DNA of 64,000 bases from Betaproteobacteria bacterium (GTDB lineage Bacteria; Pseudomonadota; Gammaproteobacteria; Burkholderiales; SHXO01): assembly GCA_025356655.1 (NCBI GenBank), contig JANXRW010000026.1:4195-68194 (forward strand), read 5' to 3'. Below are positions 45,944-56,566 of the stretch, one piece after another. Under the pieces are notes generated by a model. The model was not told the origin of the DNA. It saw only the letters and a list, made by a program, of their open reading frames with translations, and did no database searches. Within the stretch, counting starts at the first letter, position 1. Every line of letters starts with the position of its first letter. The position numbers and the translations under genes were made by a program.

Positions 45944-48718
45944 TCAGCCACTGTTGCGAAGGCCGGCGGCGATGCCGTTCATCGTGAGCAGGATCGCCCG
46001 CTTGACCTTATCGTCCTTGTGCCCAGCACGGTAGCGTCGCATAGCTTCGACTTGCAGGTGGTTGAGCGGGTCGATGTAGGGTGACCGGTTCCGGAAACTT
46101 CGAGCCAGCATTGGATTGGCCTCCAGCAACTCCGTTTGGCCCGTGATGTTGAGCACGTGGGCGACCGTGGTCTCCATCTCGCGGGCAATCCGCCCAAAGA
46201 TTTCCTCGCGCAGCGCGCGGTCGGGCACCAACTCCGCGTAGCGCGAAGCGATGCCGAGGTCGGCCTTCGCGAGCACCATGTCCATATTGGACAGCAGCGT
46301 TCTAAAAAATGGCCACTGGTTGCGCATTTCGCGCAGGCGCTGCATACCGGCCTCGCCGTGGGTTGACAGAAAGCCATCCACCGCACTGCCGAAGCCATAC
46401 CAGCCGGGCAACATCACGCGACTCAGAGACCAGCTGAACACCCAGGGAATAGCCCGCAGATCCTCGATGCGCTCGGACTTGCGCCGGGAGGCCGGGCGGC
46501 TACCGACATTGAGGTCCGCGATCTCGCTGATGGGAGTGGCCGCGCGGAAATAGCGCACGAAACCTGGCGTGTCGTAGACGAGGTCGCGGTAGGCCGCAAA
46601 GGAACGCGCGGAGAGATCGGCCATGACCTCGCCAAACGCCTCGGGCTCGCTTGCCAGCGCCTCCGGCGGGCGCAAGCTAGCGGCGAGGGTTGCAGCAACC
46701 AGCGTCTCGAGGTTGCGTCGGCCGATATCCGGATCAGAGTATTTGCTGCCGATGACCTCACCTTGCTCGGTGATGCGGATTTGACCGGCCACGCTACCCG
46801 GTGGCTGGGCCAGGATCGCCTCGTAGCTAGGTCCGCCACCACGCCCCACGGTGCCACCGCGGCCGTGGAACAGGCGCAACCCCACACCGGCGCTGCGACA
46901 GACGTCGACCAAGGCTTTTTCTGCCTGGTAGAGCTCCCAGTTGGAGGTGAGGTAACCGCCGTCTTTGTTGCTGTCGGAATACCCCAGCATCACCTCCTGG
47001 GTTCCACCCCGCTCGGCCAGGAGCTTGCGATACAACGGCGTGGCCAGGAGTTGCGTCATGGTCGCGCCGCAGCCGCGCAGGTCCGATATGGTCTCAAACA
47101 GCGGGATGATGTTCATGTGCAGCCGCGGCGAGTCGCCGGGCACCATGAGCCCCGCCTCCTTAAGGAGCAACGCCACCTCCAGAACGTCGCTCACCGCCGT
47201 GGCGTTGGAAATGATGTAGTTGGGCAGGGCTTGACGCCCGTGGCTGACTTGGAGCGCGGCAGCGGTGTCCATTACGGCGAGTTCACCCACCGCCAGTTCC
47301 GAGTGCCCGGCAAAGGGGGAGCGCAGCGGCCGCGGCAGGTCCAGTTCCTCTAGAAGCCACTGCTGGCGCCCCGCTTCGTCGAGGTCCAGGTATCCATCCC
47401 GGCGGGCGCCCACGCGGAACAATTCGGCCACCACCTGCTCGTGAACGCCGCTGTGCTGGCGCAGATCGAGCGGTGCCAAATGAAAGCCGAAAACCTGGGC
47501 CGCGCGCCGAAGCAATCGCAGGCGACCGCGCGCCAACCGGGAGGCACCATTGACGGACAAGGAGTGGGCAATCACTTCCAGGTCGGCCTCGAACTCGCTA
47601 GCTTCCAGGTAGGGACTAGCTTCTACGGAGCCGGTGCGGTGCGCAAGCTCAGGGTCAAGACGCCGGGCGGTGGCCACCAGCCGCGCATGGATCCCCGCCA
47701 GTGCCCGACGGTAGAGCTCGTCGCGACGTTGTTCGGACTCGTCGGGAGAAGCCTCGGCCAGTTCTCGCAGCGTTTCAGTTACCGCGACAAGGCGCACCGA
47801 CTGGGACAGTTCGCGCCGCAATTGTCCGACCTCGCCCTGGTAGAACTCCAGGGCTGTGAGTGCTTGGCGTGCCAGCGCGTAGTGAGTCACCTCGGGGGTG
47901 ACGAAGGGATTGCCGTCGCGGTCGCCGCCGATCCAACTGCCCAAGCGCAGAAAGGGCGGCAGCGTGATTCCGAGCCCTGGCCAACGGCTCTCCAGGATGT
48001 CCTCCAGGTTCTCGTAGATTCTGGGAACTTCGCGCAGGAAGGTGTAGCGGTAGTAAGAGAGCCCATTCTCGATCTCATCGCGCACCGTCAGCTTGAGCTC
48101 GCGAAGGATCCGCGTCTGCCACAGGCTGAGGATGGCTCGGCGCAGGGCCTCCTCCCGCTGCTGCAATTCCTCCGGCGCCAATTCCATCCGGCTGCGCTCC
48201 TCCATCAGGTGGGAGATGTCGCGCTGGAGGTCGAGGATGCTCTTCCGCTGAACCTCGGTCGGGTGCGCCGTGAGCACCGGGGAGATGAGGGCTTGCCCGA
48301 ACAGGCGCGCCAGTCCCGCCACGTCGACGTGGGTCGCTGCCGCATCTCCCAGAACCGCCGGCAGGCTCGCGGCCGGCGCGGCGGAGCCGGCCCGCAGATG
48401 CGCCCGGTGGCGCCGGTTGTGGTGGATGTCTTCGGCTATGTTGGAGAGCTGGGAGAAATAGGAGAACGCCCGGATGACCGATACGGAGACAGCGGGCGAG
48501 AGCATGCTGAGGATGGCTTCCAGTTCCGCCCGAGCCGACACATCATCCTCGCGCCGGAAGCGGATGGAACTTCGCCTGATCTGCTCGATGAGATTGAAAG
48601 TCTCCGCCCCCTCCTGCTCACGGAGAGTGTCCCCCAGCAGCCGTCCCAGCAGACGAATGTCTTCTCGCAGGGGAAGGTCCTTGTCCTGTGTTTCAGCGGA
48701 CGTCGTGGGTTCGTTCAT
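45944..48718 (-). CDS. ppc: phosphoenolpyruvate carboxylase
   Basis: The start is taken at 'MNEPTTSAETQDKDLPLREDIRLLG', codon 118 of the listed ORF. 'VLTAHPTE', 'GYSDSNKDGG' and the C-terminal 'GIAAGLRNSG' are present. Confidence 0.93.
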   Translation of the reverse strand: MNEPTTSAETQDKDLPLREDIRLLGRLLGDTLREQEGAETFNLIEQIRRSSIRFRREDDVSARAELEAILSMLSPAVSVSVIRAFSYFSQLSNIAEDIHHNRRHRAHLRAGSAAPAASLPAVLGDAAATHVDVAGLARLFGQALISPVLTAHPTEVQRKSILDLQRDISHLMEERSRMELAPEELQQREEALRRAILSLWQTRILRELKLTVRDEIENGLSYYRYTFLREVPRIYENLEDILESRWPGLGITLPPFLRLGSWIGGDRDGNPFVTPEVTHYALARQALTALEFYQGEVGQLRRELSQSVRLVAVTETLRELAEASPDESEQRRDELYRRALAGIHARLVATARRLDPELAHRTGSVEASPYLEASEFEADLEVIAHSLSVNGASRLARGRLRLLRRAAQVFGFHLAPLDLRQHSGVHEQVVAELFRVGARRDGYLDLDEAGRQQWLLEELDLPRPLRSPFAGHSELAVGELAVMDTAAALQVSHGRQALPNYIISNATAVSDVLEVALLLKEAGLMVPGDSPRLHMNIIPLFETISDLRGCGATMTQLLATPLYRKLLAERGGTQEVMLGYSDSNKDGGYLTSNWELYQAEKALVDVCRSAGVGLRLFHGRGGTVGRGGGPSYEAILAQPPGSVAGQIRITEQGEVIGSKYSDPDIGRRNLETLVAATLAASLRPPEALASEPEAFGEVMADLSARSFAAYRDLVYDTPGFVRYFRAATPISEIADLNVGSRPASRRKSERIEDLRAIPWVFSWSLSRVMLPGWYGFGSAVDGFLSTHGEAGMQRLREMRNQWPFFRTLLSNMDMVLAKADLGIASRYAELVPDRALREEIFGRIAREMETTVAHVLNITGQTELLEANPMLARSFRNRSPYIDPLNHLQVEAMRRYRAGHKDDKVKRAILLTMNGIAAGLRNSG

Positions 48719-48770
48719 GGGCGGCCTCAGCTCCGGATAAGTGGATTGCTGCGTCGCATCGACTATACCC

Positions 48771-49979
48771 CTAAAATGACTGGCGGCGCCGTCCCCCCGT
48801 GGCTTCCTTAAGATGTGCAAGCGCAAGGTCAAGCGCTCGGCGGTAGGCGGTCGCGGCCATTTCCGGATGGCCGGTGCGCTCGAACAACTCGGCCAGGGCC
48901 ACCTGCGCGGTGTGGGTCTCCTGGAGGGCCTGGCTGGCTTCCAGGTAGCTGCGTGCCTTCCCCCAGAGCGCTTGATGCATGCATAGCTGGCCGAGCACGA
49001 GCAGCAGGGTGGGGTCGGCTGAGTGTTGAATGAGCCAGCGCTCGGCGCGCTCCAGACTGCGCCGCCCATTTTGTGGCAAGTACTCCGCGTAGAGCAGCAG
49101 GAGTTCGGGATCCCAGTTCGCCTCCAAGGCTTTCTCCACCACAGCCTGCGCCTCGCTCACCGCGCCGAGTGAACGCAGACACTCCGCCGCCGTGGCCGCG
49201 ATGCGGGTGTCGTGGCGATCCTCCGCCGGCATCCGGTCCCATTGGGCGAGCAGTGCCTTGGGCTCCAGCGCCAAGCGCTTGAGATTCTCAACTAGGGCGT
49301 AGCGGCGGACCTGTTCCAGGGCGCTGGGCTCCAGCGCCCGTCTGCGCTCGAGTTGCGGCAGCAACGCCAGCACTTCGGGCCAGTTGCGCGCCTGCTGGTG
49401 CGCGCGCAGTTCCAGGCGCAGCGCCGCCGTGTGCTTGTTCTGCAAAAGCGACAGTGCGCGCAGGGCGTCGGCGTAGCGCCGCTCGCCCAGGAGAAGTTCC
49501 GCCTGCGTCATGAGACGCAAGTAGGTCTTTTCGGGGGCAAGTTTCTCCATCTCCAAGAGGGCGGCGTCCCTGCCGCCATAGTCGCGCAGTTCATCCGCCG
49601 AGCGAGCAGCCAGGGCTAGGGCCAGGGCCGGCACCTCCCCCAGAGCGAGGGCCTGGCCCGCCGCCTGCCGGGCGCGGCCGAACCGTCCCTCCAGATAGGC
49701 TTCGAGCGCGTTTTGGAAAGCCCGACGTGCCCGCAAGCGCCCTTGGTCGCGGCGGAATTCGCGGGCGCGTTCGGGCAAGCCTAGGGCCAGCACCAGCGCG
49801 CGCACCAGGGTGTAGAACAGGCCTAGCGCCCCCAGAGCCAGAAGGATCGCCAAGTACAAAGGCAACTCCACGCGTTCGCCGGGAAGCACGATGAGCACGT
49901 AGCCCACAACGAACCGCGCACCGACCGTGAGGCCGACGGCGAGCGCAAAAAGGCCCAGAGCCCAGAGCAGTAGTCGCAT
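48771..49979 (-). CDS. hemY: HemY-like TPR membrane protein (heme biosynthesis-associated)
   Basis: Two N-terminal TM segments precede a TPR-rich region. It follows hemX in the hemCDXY arrangement. Confidence 0.8.
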   Translation of the reverse strand: MRLLLWALGLFALAVGLTVGARFVVGYVLIVLPGERVELPLYLAILLALGALGLFYTLVRALVLALGLPERAREFRRDQGRLRARRAFQNALEAYLEGRFGRARQAAGQALALGEVPALALALAARSADELRDYGGRDAALLEMEKLAPEKTYLRLMTQAELLLGERRYADALRALSLLQNKHTAALRLELRAHQQARNWPEVLALLPQLERRRALEPSALEQVRRYALVENLKRLALEPKALLAQWDRMPAEDRHDTRIAATAAECLRSLGAVSEAQAVVEKALEANWDPELLLLYAEYLPQNGRRSLERAERWLIQHSADPTLLLVLGQLCMHQALWGKARSYLEASQALQETHTAQVALAELFERTGHPEMAATAYRRALDLALAHLKEATGGRRRQSF

Positions 49980-49988
49980 GGCGGCGGC

Positions 49989-51125
49989 CTAGCGCAGCCC
50001 CCGCTCGCGCACGAGACGTTGGCTGCGAACCGCCTCCAGGCTGGCAGCAATATCGGGGACTTCGACGGCCACCTCGGCTTGGGCCAGTTGCTTGAGCATG
50101 GCGAGCGCACTTCCTACGCCCTTCTCGCGGATATCGTAGTAGCGCGCCAACCAGTCCGCGCTCGCTCGGGCTTCGGAGCGGAATCCGGCCTGGTCGTGCG
50201 CCAGCAACGACACCCGCGCGAACAGCAGCCGCAAGCGCAGGTTCTCACGCAGGAAGTAGGTTTGCGAAGGCGTGAGCAGCGGCACGTCATCCGCTCCGGA
50301 ACGCTGCACGCGCACCAAACCGGCGAGATCCTGCCAAACCTCGCGCAGCATGCGCACGAAGGCCGGATCCTGGGCGCCCGGCTTTGCCGGGTTGGGATCC
50401 GCCGGCCGCGCGTACATCGCAAGCGGAAGGCTCTCGACCTGGTGCGCCAGGGTATCCAAGCGCAGTCCGATACCCACGACATCCACGTAGGGTGCAGACT
50501 TGAGTTGTTCCATATCTCGCGACAATGCGCGACGCACTGCAGTGAACTGTGGGCTGTCCGCACGCTGCAACCGGTAGTCGGCGGACTCCAGCGCGATCAG
50601 CGCGGCCTTGACGTTGCCCGCCAGTTGCAATTGTTCGCTGCCGATCAGAAGGATCTGTTCGACCTCGGAGAGCACGCGTTCGTCACGGCTACGCGAGAGT
50701 TCCAGGTACAGGGCTTCGAGAGCAAGTCGTTGGTTCTGGGTCTCCGCCAGACGACTGTCGAGCATGCCCACCTTGTACTCGAGTTGATGAACGGCATCGC
50801 GGGCGGCGCTGGCCACCTGGTGCGTATCCCGGTTGTAGGTCTCCGCGTCGGCGAGCTTGCGCGCCAACTCCAGGCGCAGTTGCGCTACCTGGGAGCGGGT
50901 GTCTACCCACAGACCCAGAAGGCCAGCCAGTGCCAACAGCGCCACAGCCCACAGCGGGTTCACCCGGCGGCGCAAGCGCGTCCAGGGCGATGCAGCTGGT
51001 GCGGCGGGCGCCGGCGCAGGGGTCACAGGCGGTGGCAGATCAGGTTCGGCTGACATTGGGACGGCTTGCTGGGTTGCACTGAATTCAGGTGGAAGTGCGG
51101 GCGCGCGAGCGGGCGAGCGCCTCAC
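49989..51125 (-). CDS. hemX: HemX-like membrane protein (annotated uroporphyrinogen-III C-methyltransferase family)
   Basis: A Pro/Ala-rich N-terminus, one TM segment and a coiled-coil periplasmic part are present. The start is GTG 51125 or ATG 51056. Confidence 0.75.
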   Translation of the reverse strand: MRRSPARAPALPPEFSATQQAVPMSAEPDLPPPVTPAPAPAAPAASPWTRLRRRVNPLWAVALLALAGLLGLWVDTRSQVAQLRLELARKLADAETYNRDTHQVASAARDAVHQLEYKVGMLDSRLAETQNQRLALEALYLELSRSRDERVLSEVEQILLIGSEQLQLAGNVKAALIALESADYRLQRADSPQFTAVRRALSRDMEQLKSAPYVDVVGIGLRLDTLAHQVESLPLAMYARPADPNPAKPGAQDPAFVRMLREVWQDLAGLVRVQRSGADDVPLLTPSQTYFLRENLRLRLLFARVSLLAHDQAGFRSEARASADWLARYYDIREKGVGSALAMLKQLAQAEVAVEVPDIAASLEAVRSQRLVRERGLR

Positions 51126-51146
51126 CCCCGTTAGTGTAGCCTAGGC

Positions 51147-51962
51147 TCAGGCTCCCGGCGGGTTGATTGCTACCGGAACCAACCGCGCGCAAAGGTGCCG
51201 CAGCAGTGCCGCATCGCCGGGCCCGGTGACGGTGATGTCGCGTAACCCCCACTGACGGGCACGCTCGGCCACCCGCGGATGCGGTACAAACAGGGCCGTG
51301 GCGCTAAGCAAGCGCTGCCCCTCGGCGCCCACCATCTCCCGCAGGTTGGACAGGCTCTCGGCACTGGCGCTCACCACGGCCGCCAGCCCCGCCGAGCGCC
51401 AACGTGCCAGTAACGGGCCGGGATCGGCCTTCGGTTTGCACCGCCGGTAGCACTGTGCGTACTCGACAACGGCGCCCCGTTGGCGCATTTCAGTCGCCAA
51501 CGCCTCACGCCCACCGTCCCCACGAAAAATCACCACGCGACGTCCCCGTAAGTCCTGCAAGGCGGGCAGGGCCAGCAAGGCCTCCGTGTCCGCGCCCTCG
51601 ACGGGGACGAGAACGGGTCCCAGGCCAGCCGCCGCCATGGCTGCCGCCGTCGACGGGCCGACGGCGGCAAGACACGGCCCCGTCGGCCAGCCTCCGCTGG
51701 CCATCACCGCCGCTAGGCCACAGGCCACCGCATTCGCACTCACAAAAACCGCCCAGTCAAAACTGGATAGCCGGGATAGCACCTCACGCAAGGCACCGGG
51801 ATCCTGCGCTGGTGCGATCTCCAGCGTCGCAAATTCTACCGGCTCGCCACCGGTGGCGCGTATCAGGCCCGCCAGGGGAGCCAGTTGTGCCGTCGGCCGA
51901 GTGAGAAGGATTGCCTGACCCTGCAGCCGTGCGAGGTTCACCTCAATCACTGACCGCCTCAA
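51147..51962 (-). CDS. hemD: uroporphyrinogen-III synthase
   Basis: 'AILLTRP' is present and the length is HemD-like. It overlaps the hemC stop. The listed start is TTG, and the internal GTG codons at 51950 and 51941 are alternatives. Confidence 0.8.
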   Translation of the reverse strand: MRRSVIEVNLARLQGQAILLTRPTAQLAPLAGLIRATGGEPVEFATLEIAPAQDPGALREVLSRLSSFDWAVFVSANAVACGLAAVMASGGWPTGPCLAAVGPSTAAAMAAAGLGPVLVPVEGADTEALLALPALQDLRGRRVVIFRGDGGREALATEMRQRGAVVEYAQCYRRCKPKADPGPLLARWRSAGLAAVVSASAESLSNLREMVGAEGQRLLSATALFVPHPRVAERARQWGLRDITVTGPGDAALLRHLCARLVPVAINPPGA

Positions 51963-52894
51963 TCAATGCCCGTCTCGGCGAGCAGGGCTGCCGCCCCCAG
52001 CGCCAGAAGATCCGCCGCCATTGCGGCGGCGAACTCCTCGGGCACTCCGGGGGTGAGCGCTTCGCGCGTCAGGCTGATGGAGCGCCGGCCCTCGGCGTCC
52101 GCGACGAAGGCCCGTAGGCGTACGCCCTGGCGCGTGTGCTCGGCAAACGCGCCCACCGGGGACACGCAACTCGCACCCAGGGCCCGGCTCACCGCGCGCT
52201 CTACGCGCACGCACCAAGTCGTCTGGGGATCGACCAGCGGGGTCAACAGGGTCACGACATCCGCGCGGCCAGCCAAGCACTCGATTCCGAGGGCACCCTG
52301 CCCGGCCGCCGGCAAGGAGTCCGACGGATCGAGCAGGGCACGGATGCGCGCGGCGAGGCCCAGGCGCTTGAGTCCGGCTGCAGCCAGGATGATGGCATCG
52401 AACCCCCCCTCATCGAGCCGGGCCAGGCGGGTTTGGACGTTTCCACGCAACCCGTCGACGCGCAAGTGCGGAAAACGCAGGCGCAGTTGGGTGGCCCGCC
52501 GCAGACTGGACGTTCCCACCCGCGCCCCCTCGGGCAATTTCGCCAGACTGGCATAGTCGTTGGAGACGAAGGCGTCGCGAGCATCCTCGCGCTGCATCAC
52601 CGCGGCCAAAATGAAATCTGCGGGAAGGCTCACCGGCACGTCCTTGACGGAGTGCACCGCGATGTGGGCGCGTCCATCGAGGAGTGCCTGCTCCAGTTCT
52701 TTCACGAAGAGCCCCTTGCCACCGATCTTCGCCAGGGAGGAGCCTAGCTGCCGATCACCTTCCGTGGTCATCCCGAGTAATTCCACCACTAAGCCGGGAT
52801 ACAAGCGCATCAGCCGGTCGCGCACGTGGTGGGCCTGCCACAGGGCGAGGGGGCTTTCCCGGGTAGCAATGATCAAGTGGTCGGGACGGGGCAC
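51959..52894 (-). CDS. hemC: hydroxymethylbilane synthase (porphobilinogen deaminase)
   Basis: '[15 protein letters not shown]', '[12 protein letters not shown]', '[10 protein letters not shown]' and 'AVHSVKDVP' are present. Confidence 0.94.
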   Translation of the reverse strand: MPRPDHLIIATRESPLALWQAHHVRDRLMRLYPGLVVELLGMTTEGDRQLGSSLAKIGGKGLFVKELEQALLDGRAHIAVHSVKDVPVSLPADFILAAVMQREDARDAFVSNDYASLAKLPEGARVGTSSLRRATQLRLRFPHLRVDGLRGNVQTRLARLDEGGFDAIILAAAGLKRLGLAARIRALLDPSDSLPAAGQGALGIECLAGRADVVTLLTPLVDPQTTWCVRVERAVSRALGASCVSPVGAFAEHTRQGVRLRAFVADAEGRRSISLTREALTPGVPEEFAAAMAADLLALGAAALLAETGID

Positions 52895-53016
52895 GGCGGC
52901 GCGCAGGGAGGGGGTACGGCAAGTGTACCACTGCGCCGCCGGCCCCCCGGGGACCCGCGCCCGGGGTTCTGTCCTATACTGGCGCCGCGCCGCTCCTGGC
53001 CTCTTTGGACAAGCCC

Positions 53017-54405
53017 ATGGCAGAACCCACCGCGAAAAACTGGTCCGGTCGCTTCAGCGAACCGGTGGACGAACTGGTAAAGATCTATACCGCCTCCGTG
53101 GGCTTCGACTACCGGCTGGCCGAGTGCGACATTCAGGGCTCGCTCGCGCACGCGCGCATGCTCGCGCACTGCGGCGTCATCAGTGGAACGGACCTGCAAG
53201 ACATCGAGCGCGGGATGGCGCAGATCACGGGCGAGATCCAGTCAGGGTCCTTCACGTGGTCCGTGGACCTGGAGGACGTCCACCTGAACATCGAGCGCCG
53301 CCTCACGGATCTGGTGGGCGACGCCGGCAAGCGATTGCACACCGGCCGCTCGCGCAACGACCAGGTGGCCACCGACCTGCGCCTCTGGCTTCGCTCGGCG
53401 ATCGACGGCATCGACGGCCTGCTCCACGCCCTACGGGAGGTGCTGCTCACGCTGGCGCAAGCGCACGCGGACACGGTCATGCCAGGCTTCACGCACCTGC
53501 AAGTGGCGCAACCGGTGAGTTTCGGGCACCACCTTTTGGCTTACCACGAGATGCTGGGGCGTGACCGCGAACGGCTAAGCGACTGCCGTCGCCGGGTCAA
53601 CCGCTTGCCCCTGGGCGCCGCGGCATTGGCTGGCACCACCTACCCCATCGAGCGCCAGATGGTGGCAACCGAACTGGGTTTTGAAGCCCTGTGCGAGAAC
53701 TCGCTCGACGCCGTGTCGGATCGGGACTTCGCCATCGAGTTCTGTGCTGCAGGTGCGCTCATCATGACCCACCTGTCGAGGTTCTCGGAAGAACTCATCC
53801 TGTGGATGAACCCCCGGTTCGGCTTCATCCGGCTGGCAGACCGCTTCTGCACCGGATCCTCCATCATGCCGCAGAAGAAGAACCCGGATGTGCCCGAATT
53901 GGTAAGAGGCAAGACGGGGCGAATCAATGGCCACTTGGTCGGCCTGCTCACCCTCATGAAGGGCCAGCCCCTGGCCTACAACAAGGACAACCAGGAGGAC
54001 AAGGAACCCGTGTTCGACACGGCGGATACCCTCGTGGCTACGCTGCGCATCTTCAGCGCCATGCTGGGCGGACTCACCGTGGACGCCGCTGCTATGCGCC
54101 GCGCCGCACAGGAAGGCTTCTCCACCGCCACCGACTTGGCCGACTACCTGGTCAAGCGGGGTCTGCCGTTTCGCGAGGCCCACGAGGCCGTCGCGCTGGC
54201 CGTACGCTTTGCTGCGGCGGAGGGGCGCGACTTGGCCGCACTCACGCTCGAGGAACTGCGCGGGTTCGACGCCCGGATCGAGGAAGACGTCTTCGCGGTG
54301 CTCAGCGTCGAGGGCTCGCTCGCCGCCCGAAACCACCGCGGCGGGACGGCCCCGGAGCAAGTGCGCGCCGCCATCGCGCGCGCTCGGAGCAGCGAGCAGG
54401 GCTGA
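53017..54405 (+). CDS. argH: argininosuccinate lyase
   Basis: The ATG at 53017 is used because the track start at 53005 is TTG. 'WSGRFSEP', '[15 protein letters not shown]' and '[16 protein letters not shown]' are present. Confidence 0.94.
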   Translation: MAEPTAKNWSGRFSEPVDELVKIYTASVGFDYRLAECDIQGSLAHARMLAHCGVISGTDLQDIERGMAQITGEIQSGSFTWSVDLEDVHLNIERRLTDLVGDAGKRLHTGRSRNDQVATDLRLWLRSAIDGIDGLLHALREVLLTLAQAHADTVMPGFTHLQVAQPVSFGHHLLAYHEMLGRDRERLSDCRRRVNRLPLGAAALAGTTYPIERQMVATELGFEALCENSLDAVSDRDFAIEFCAAGALIMTHLSRFSEELILWMNPRFGFIRLADRFCTGSSIMPQKKNPDVPELVRGKTGRINGHLVGLLTLMKGQPLAYNKDNQEDKEPVFDTADTLVATLRIFSAMLGGLTVDAAAMRRAAQEGFSTATDLADYLVKRGLPFREAHEAVALAVRFAAAEGRDLAALTLEELRGFDARIEEDVFAVLSVEGSLAARNHRGGTAPEQVRAAIARARSSEQG

Positions 54406-54452
54406 GGCCCGTGTCCACAGGAGGATCGGCCGTGCACTACATCAAAACCGCG

Positions 54453-54935
54453 ATGCACCCGCACAAGAAGATCGCCTTGGTGGCCCACGATAACAAGAAG
54501 GCCGACCTCCTCGCCTGGGCGCGTTACAACCGCGACCTCCTAGCTCGGCACAGCCTGTTCGCCACCGGTACGACGGGTGGCCTGTTGGAGCGGGAGTTGG
54601 GAACCCAGGTCACCAAATTCCAGAGCGGCCCCCTGGGCGGTGACCAGCAGATCGGCGCGGCCATCGTCGACGGCTTGATCGACTTCATCATCTTCTTCTG
54701 GGATCCACTCGAGGCGCTGTCCCACGACCCGGACGTGAAAGCGCTGCTGCGCATGGCCGTGGTCTGGAATATCCCCATGGCCTGTAACCGCGCCTCAGCG
54801 GATTTCATGATCTCCTCGCCCATCATGGACGGCGAATACGAGCGCCTCGTGCCGGACTATGCGGACTACAGGAGCCGGAAACTGCCCGGCGTGCCCACCG
54901 GTGACGAGACCCCCGAGACGGCAAGCGCGGACTGA
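54453..54935 (+). CDS. mgsA: methylglyoxal synthase
   Basis: 'KKIALVAHDNKKADL', 'LFATGTTGGLL', 'SGPLGGDQQIGA' and 'FFWDPL..HDPDVKALLR' are present. It forms the last 160 codons of the listed 414-aa ORF. GTG 54432 is a possible alternative start. Confidence 0.9.
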   Translation: MHPHKKIALVAHDNKKADLLAWARYNRDLLARHSLFATGTTGGLLERELGTQVTKFQSGPLGGDQQIGAAIVDGLIDFIIFFWDPLEALSHDPDVKALLRMAVVWNIPMACNRASADFMISSPIMDGEYERLVPDYADYRSRKLPGVPTGDETPETASAD

Positions 54936-55069
54936 AGCGGCCGAGGCCCGGTGAAAGACACCCTGCACTGCCAGCCTGGCCCTACGGGGCCGCCTGAATC
55001 AGCACTTGGAGCTTCTTTCGCGACCACAATCGGAGTTGCTGGCCCGCTAGGCGCTCGTCGGGCCCTCGC

Positions 55070-55097
55070 TTGACAAATTTGTGCTAACTGTTAGATT
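55070..55097 (+). promoter_or_regulatory. sigma-70-type promoter upstream of the ABC transporter operon
   Basis: TTGACA at 55070-55075, a 16-nt spacer, and TAGATT at 55092-55097. This leaves a leader of about 85 nt before the GGGGGGAG RBS and the ATG at 55189. Confidence 0.45.
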
Positions 55098-55188
55098 CCC
55101 CTGCCGGTTCGGGCCGCTGGGCGTTCGCTCGCTAGCCGACGCTGGACCCGATCCAGTCTAAAAAATTACCATCTGAGGGGGGAGACCC

Positions 55189-56544
55189 ATGGTCAAGCGC
55201 AGCCTTAAAGTCACTATTGCGAGTGCCGCCGTCGCGCTGTCGAGCCTCGCCGGAACGTCCGCACAGGCCGCAGACGTCAAGCCCATCCGGATCGGCTTCG
55301 TCACCTTCCTCTCGGGCCCGGCGGCCGGCCCCTTTGGCGTCCCCGCCCGCATCGCTGCGGAGGCGGTAGTGGAGGCCATCAACACGGGCAAAGCCCCCGC
55401 CCCCTATAACAGCAAGGGGTTCGGCGGCGCACCCATCGAGCTGGCCATCATTGATGAAGCCGGTGGCGCCACGAAGCAGGTCAGCGAATTCCGTAACCTG
55501 ATCGAGCGGCAGAAAGTGGACTTCGTCATCGGCTACATCGGCAGCGGCGACTGCCTCGCCATTGCTCCCGTGGCTGAGGAACTGAGAAAGCTCACCGTGT
55601 TCTTCGACTGCGGAACCCCGCGCGTGTTCGAGGAAGGCAGCTACAAGTACGTCTTCCGCACCCGGTCCCACGCCACCATGGATGCGGTCGCTGCGGCCAA
55701 GTACCTGCAGGAGCGGACCCCGGGTGCCAAGACCCTGGCGGGCATCAATCAGAACTACGCCTACGGCCAGGACTCCTGGAACGACTTCTCCGCGGCCATG
55801 AAGACGCTGCACCCGGAGATGACTACTACCACGTCGCAGATGCCCAAATTCGGAGCCGGCCAATACGGCGCGGAGATCTCCACACTGCTGCAGACCAATT
55901 CCGACATCATCCACTCGAGCCTCTGGGGCGGAGATCTGGAAGCTTTCATGCTCCAGGCCAACCCGCGCGGCCTGTTCAAGAAAGGGCAGCTGGTGCTGGT
56001 GGCGGGCGAACCCTACCTCCACCGCCTGGGCTCGAACATCCCCGACGGGACGCTAATCGGCGCCCGCGGCCCCAACGGGGCCTATGCGCCCGACGTACCC
56101 ATCAACCGCTGGCTCAAGGACCTGTACAAGACGCGCACGGGGCTTCTGCCGAACTACCCTGCCTACAGCGCGACCATGGCACTCCTGGGCCTGAAAGCCG
56201 CCTACGAGAAGGCGAAGGTTGCCAAGCTCGGCAGCACCATTCCCATGGGTGACAACAAGGGCGTGAAGGAAGAGATGGAAAAGGCCTATGCACAGGGGCC
56301 GAGTACCGAGGACGTCATTGCTGCCTTCGAGCACCTCACCTTCGACTCACCTGCGGGCAAGGTACGCATGGCACTAGGCAAGGGACACCAAGCGGTCACC
56401 GGTACCGCCTACGGGGTCACCAAACTGGTCAACGGCGTGGTCACGCTCACCGACATCAAGTACTACGCCGCGGACCAGGTCCAGCCCCCCGAAGGCGCCA
56501 GCAGCATGGACTGGATCAAGGCCGGGATGAAGCCGCAGAAGTAA
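55189..56544 (+). CDS. ABC transporter periplasmic substrate-binding protein (Leu/Ile/Val-binding-protein superfamily)
   Basis: The signal peptide ends at 'AQA|AD'. 'IRIGFVTFLSGPAAGPFG' is typical of type I PBPs. It is followed by LivHMGF-type genes. Confidence 0.82.
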   Translation: MVKRSLKVTIASAAVALSSLAGTSAQAADVKPIRIGFVTFLSGPAAGPFGVPARIAAEAVVEAINTGKAPAPYNSKGFGGAPIELAIIDEAGGATKQVSEFRNLIERQKVDFVIGYIGSGDCLAIAPVAEELRKLTVFFDCGTPRVFEEGSYKYVFRTRSHATMDAVAAAKYLQERTPGAKTLAGINQNYAYGQDSWNDFSAAMKTLHPEMTTTTSQMPKFGAGQYGAEISTLLQTNSDIIHSSLWGGDLEAFMLQANPRGLFKKGQLVLVAGEPYLHRLGSNIPDGTLIGARGPNGAYAPDVPINRWLKDLYKTRTGLLPNYPAYSATMALLGLKAAYEKAKVAKLGSTIPMGDNKGVKEEMEKAYAQGPSTEDVIAAFEHLTFDSPAGKVRMALGKGHQAVTGTAYGVTKLVNGVVTLTDIKYYAADQVQPPEGASSMDWIKAGMKPQK

Positions 56545-56566
56545 TCGCGGCATCCGGGGCGGGATC

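Noticed and set aside
47441-48811. 456-aa ORF antisense to ppc
   Set aside because: The reasoning is the same. The opposite strand encodes a full-length PEP carboxylase with all signature motifs.
53691-54452. Upstream 254 codons of the listed 414-aa ORF that ends as mgsA
   Set aside because: This part is an alternative frame of argH with an Arg/Pro/Gly-rich translation. Methylglyoxal synthase homology begins only at ATG 54453.
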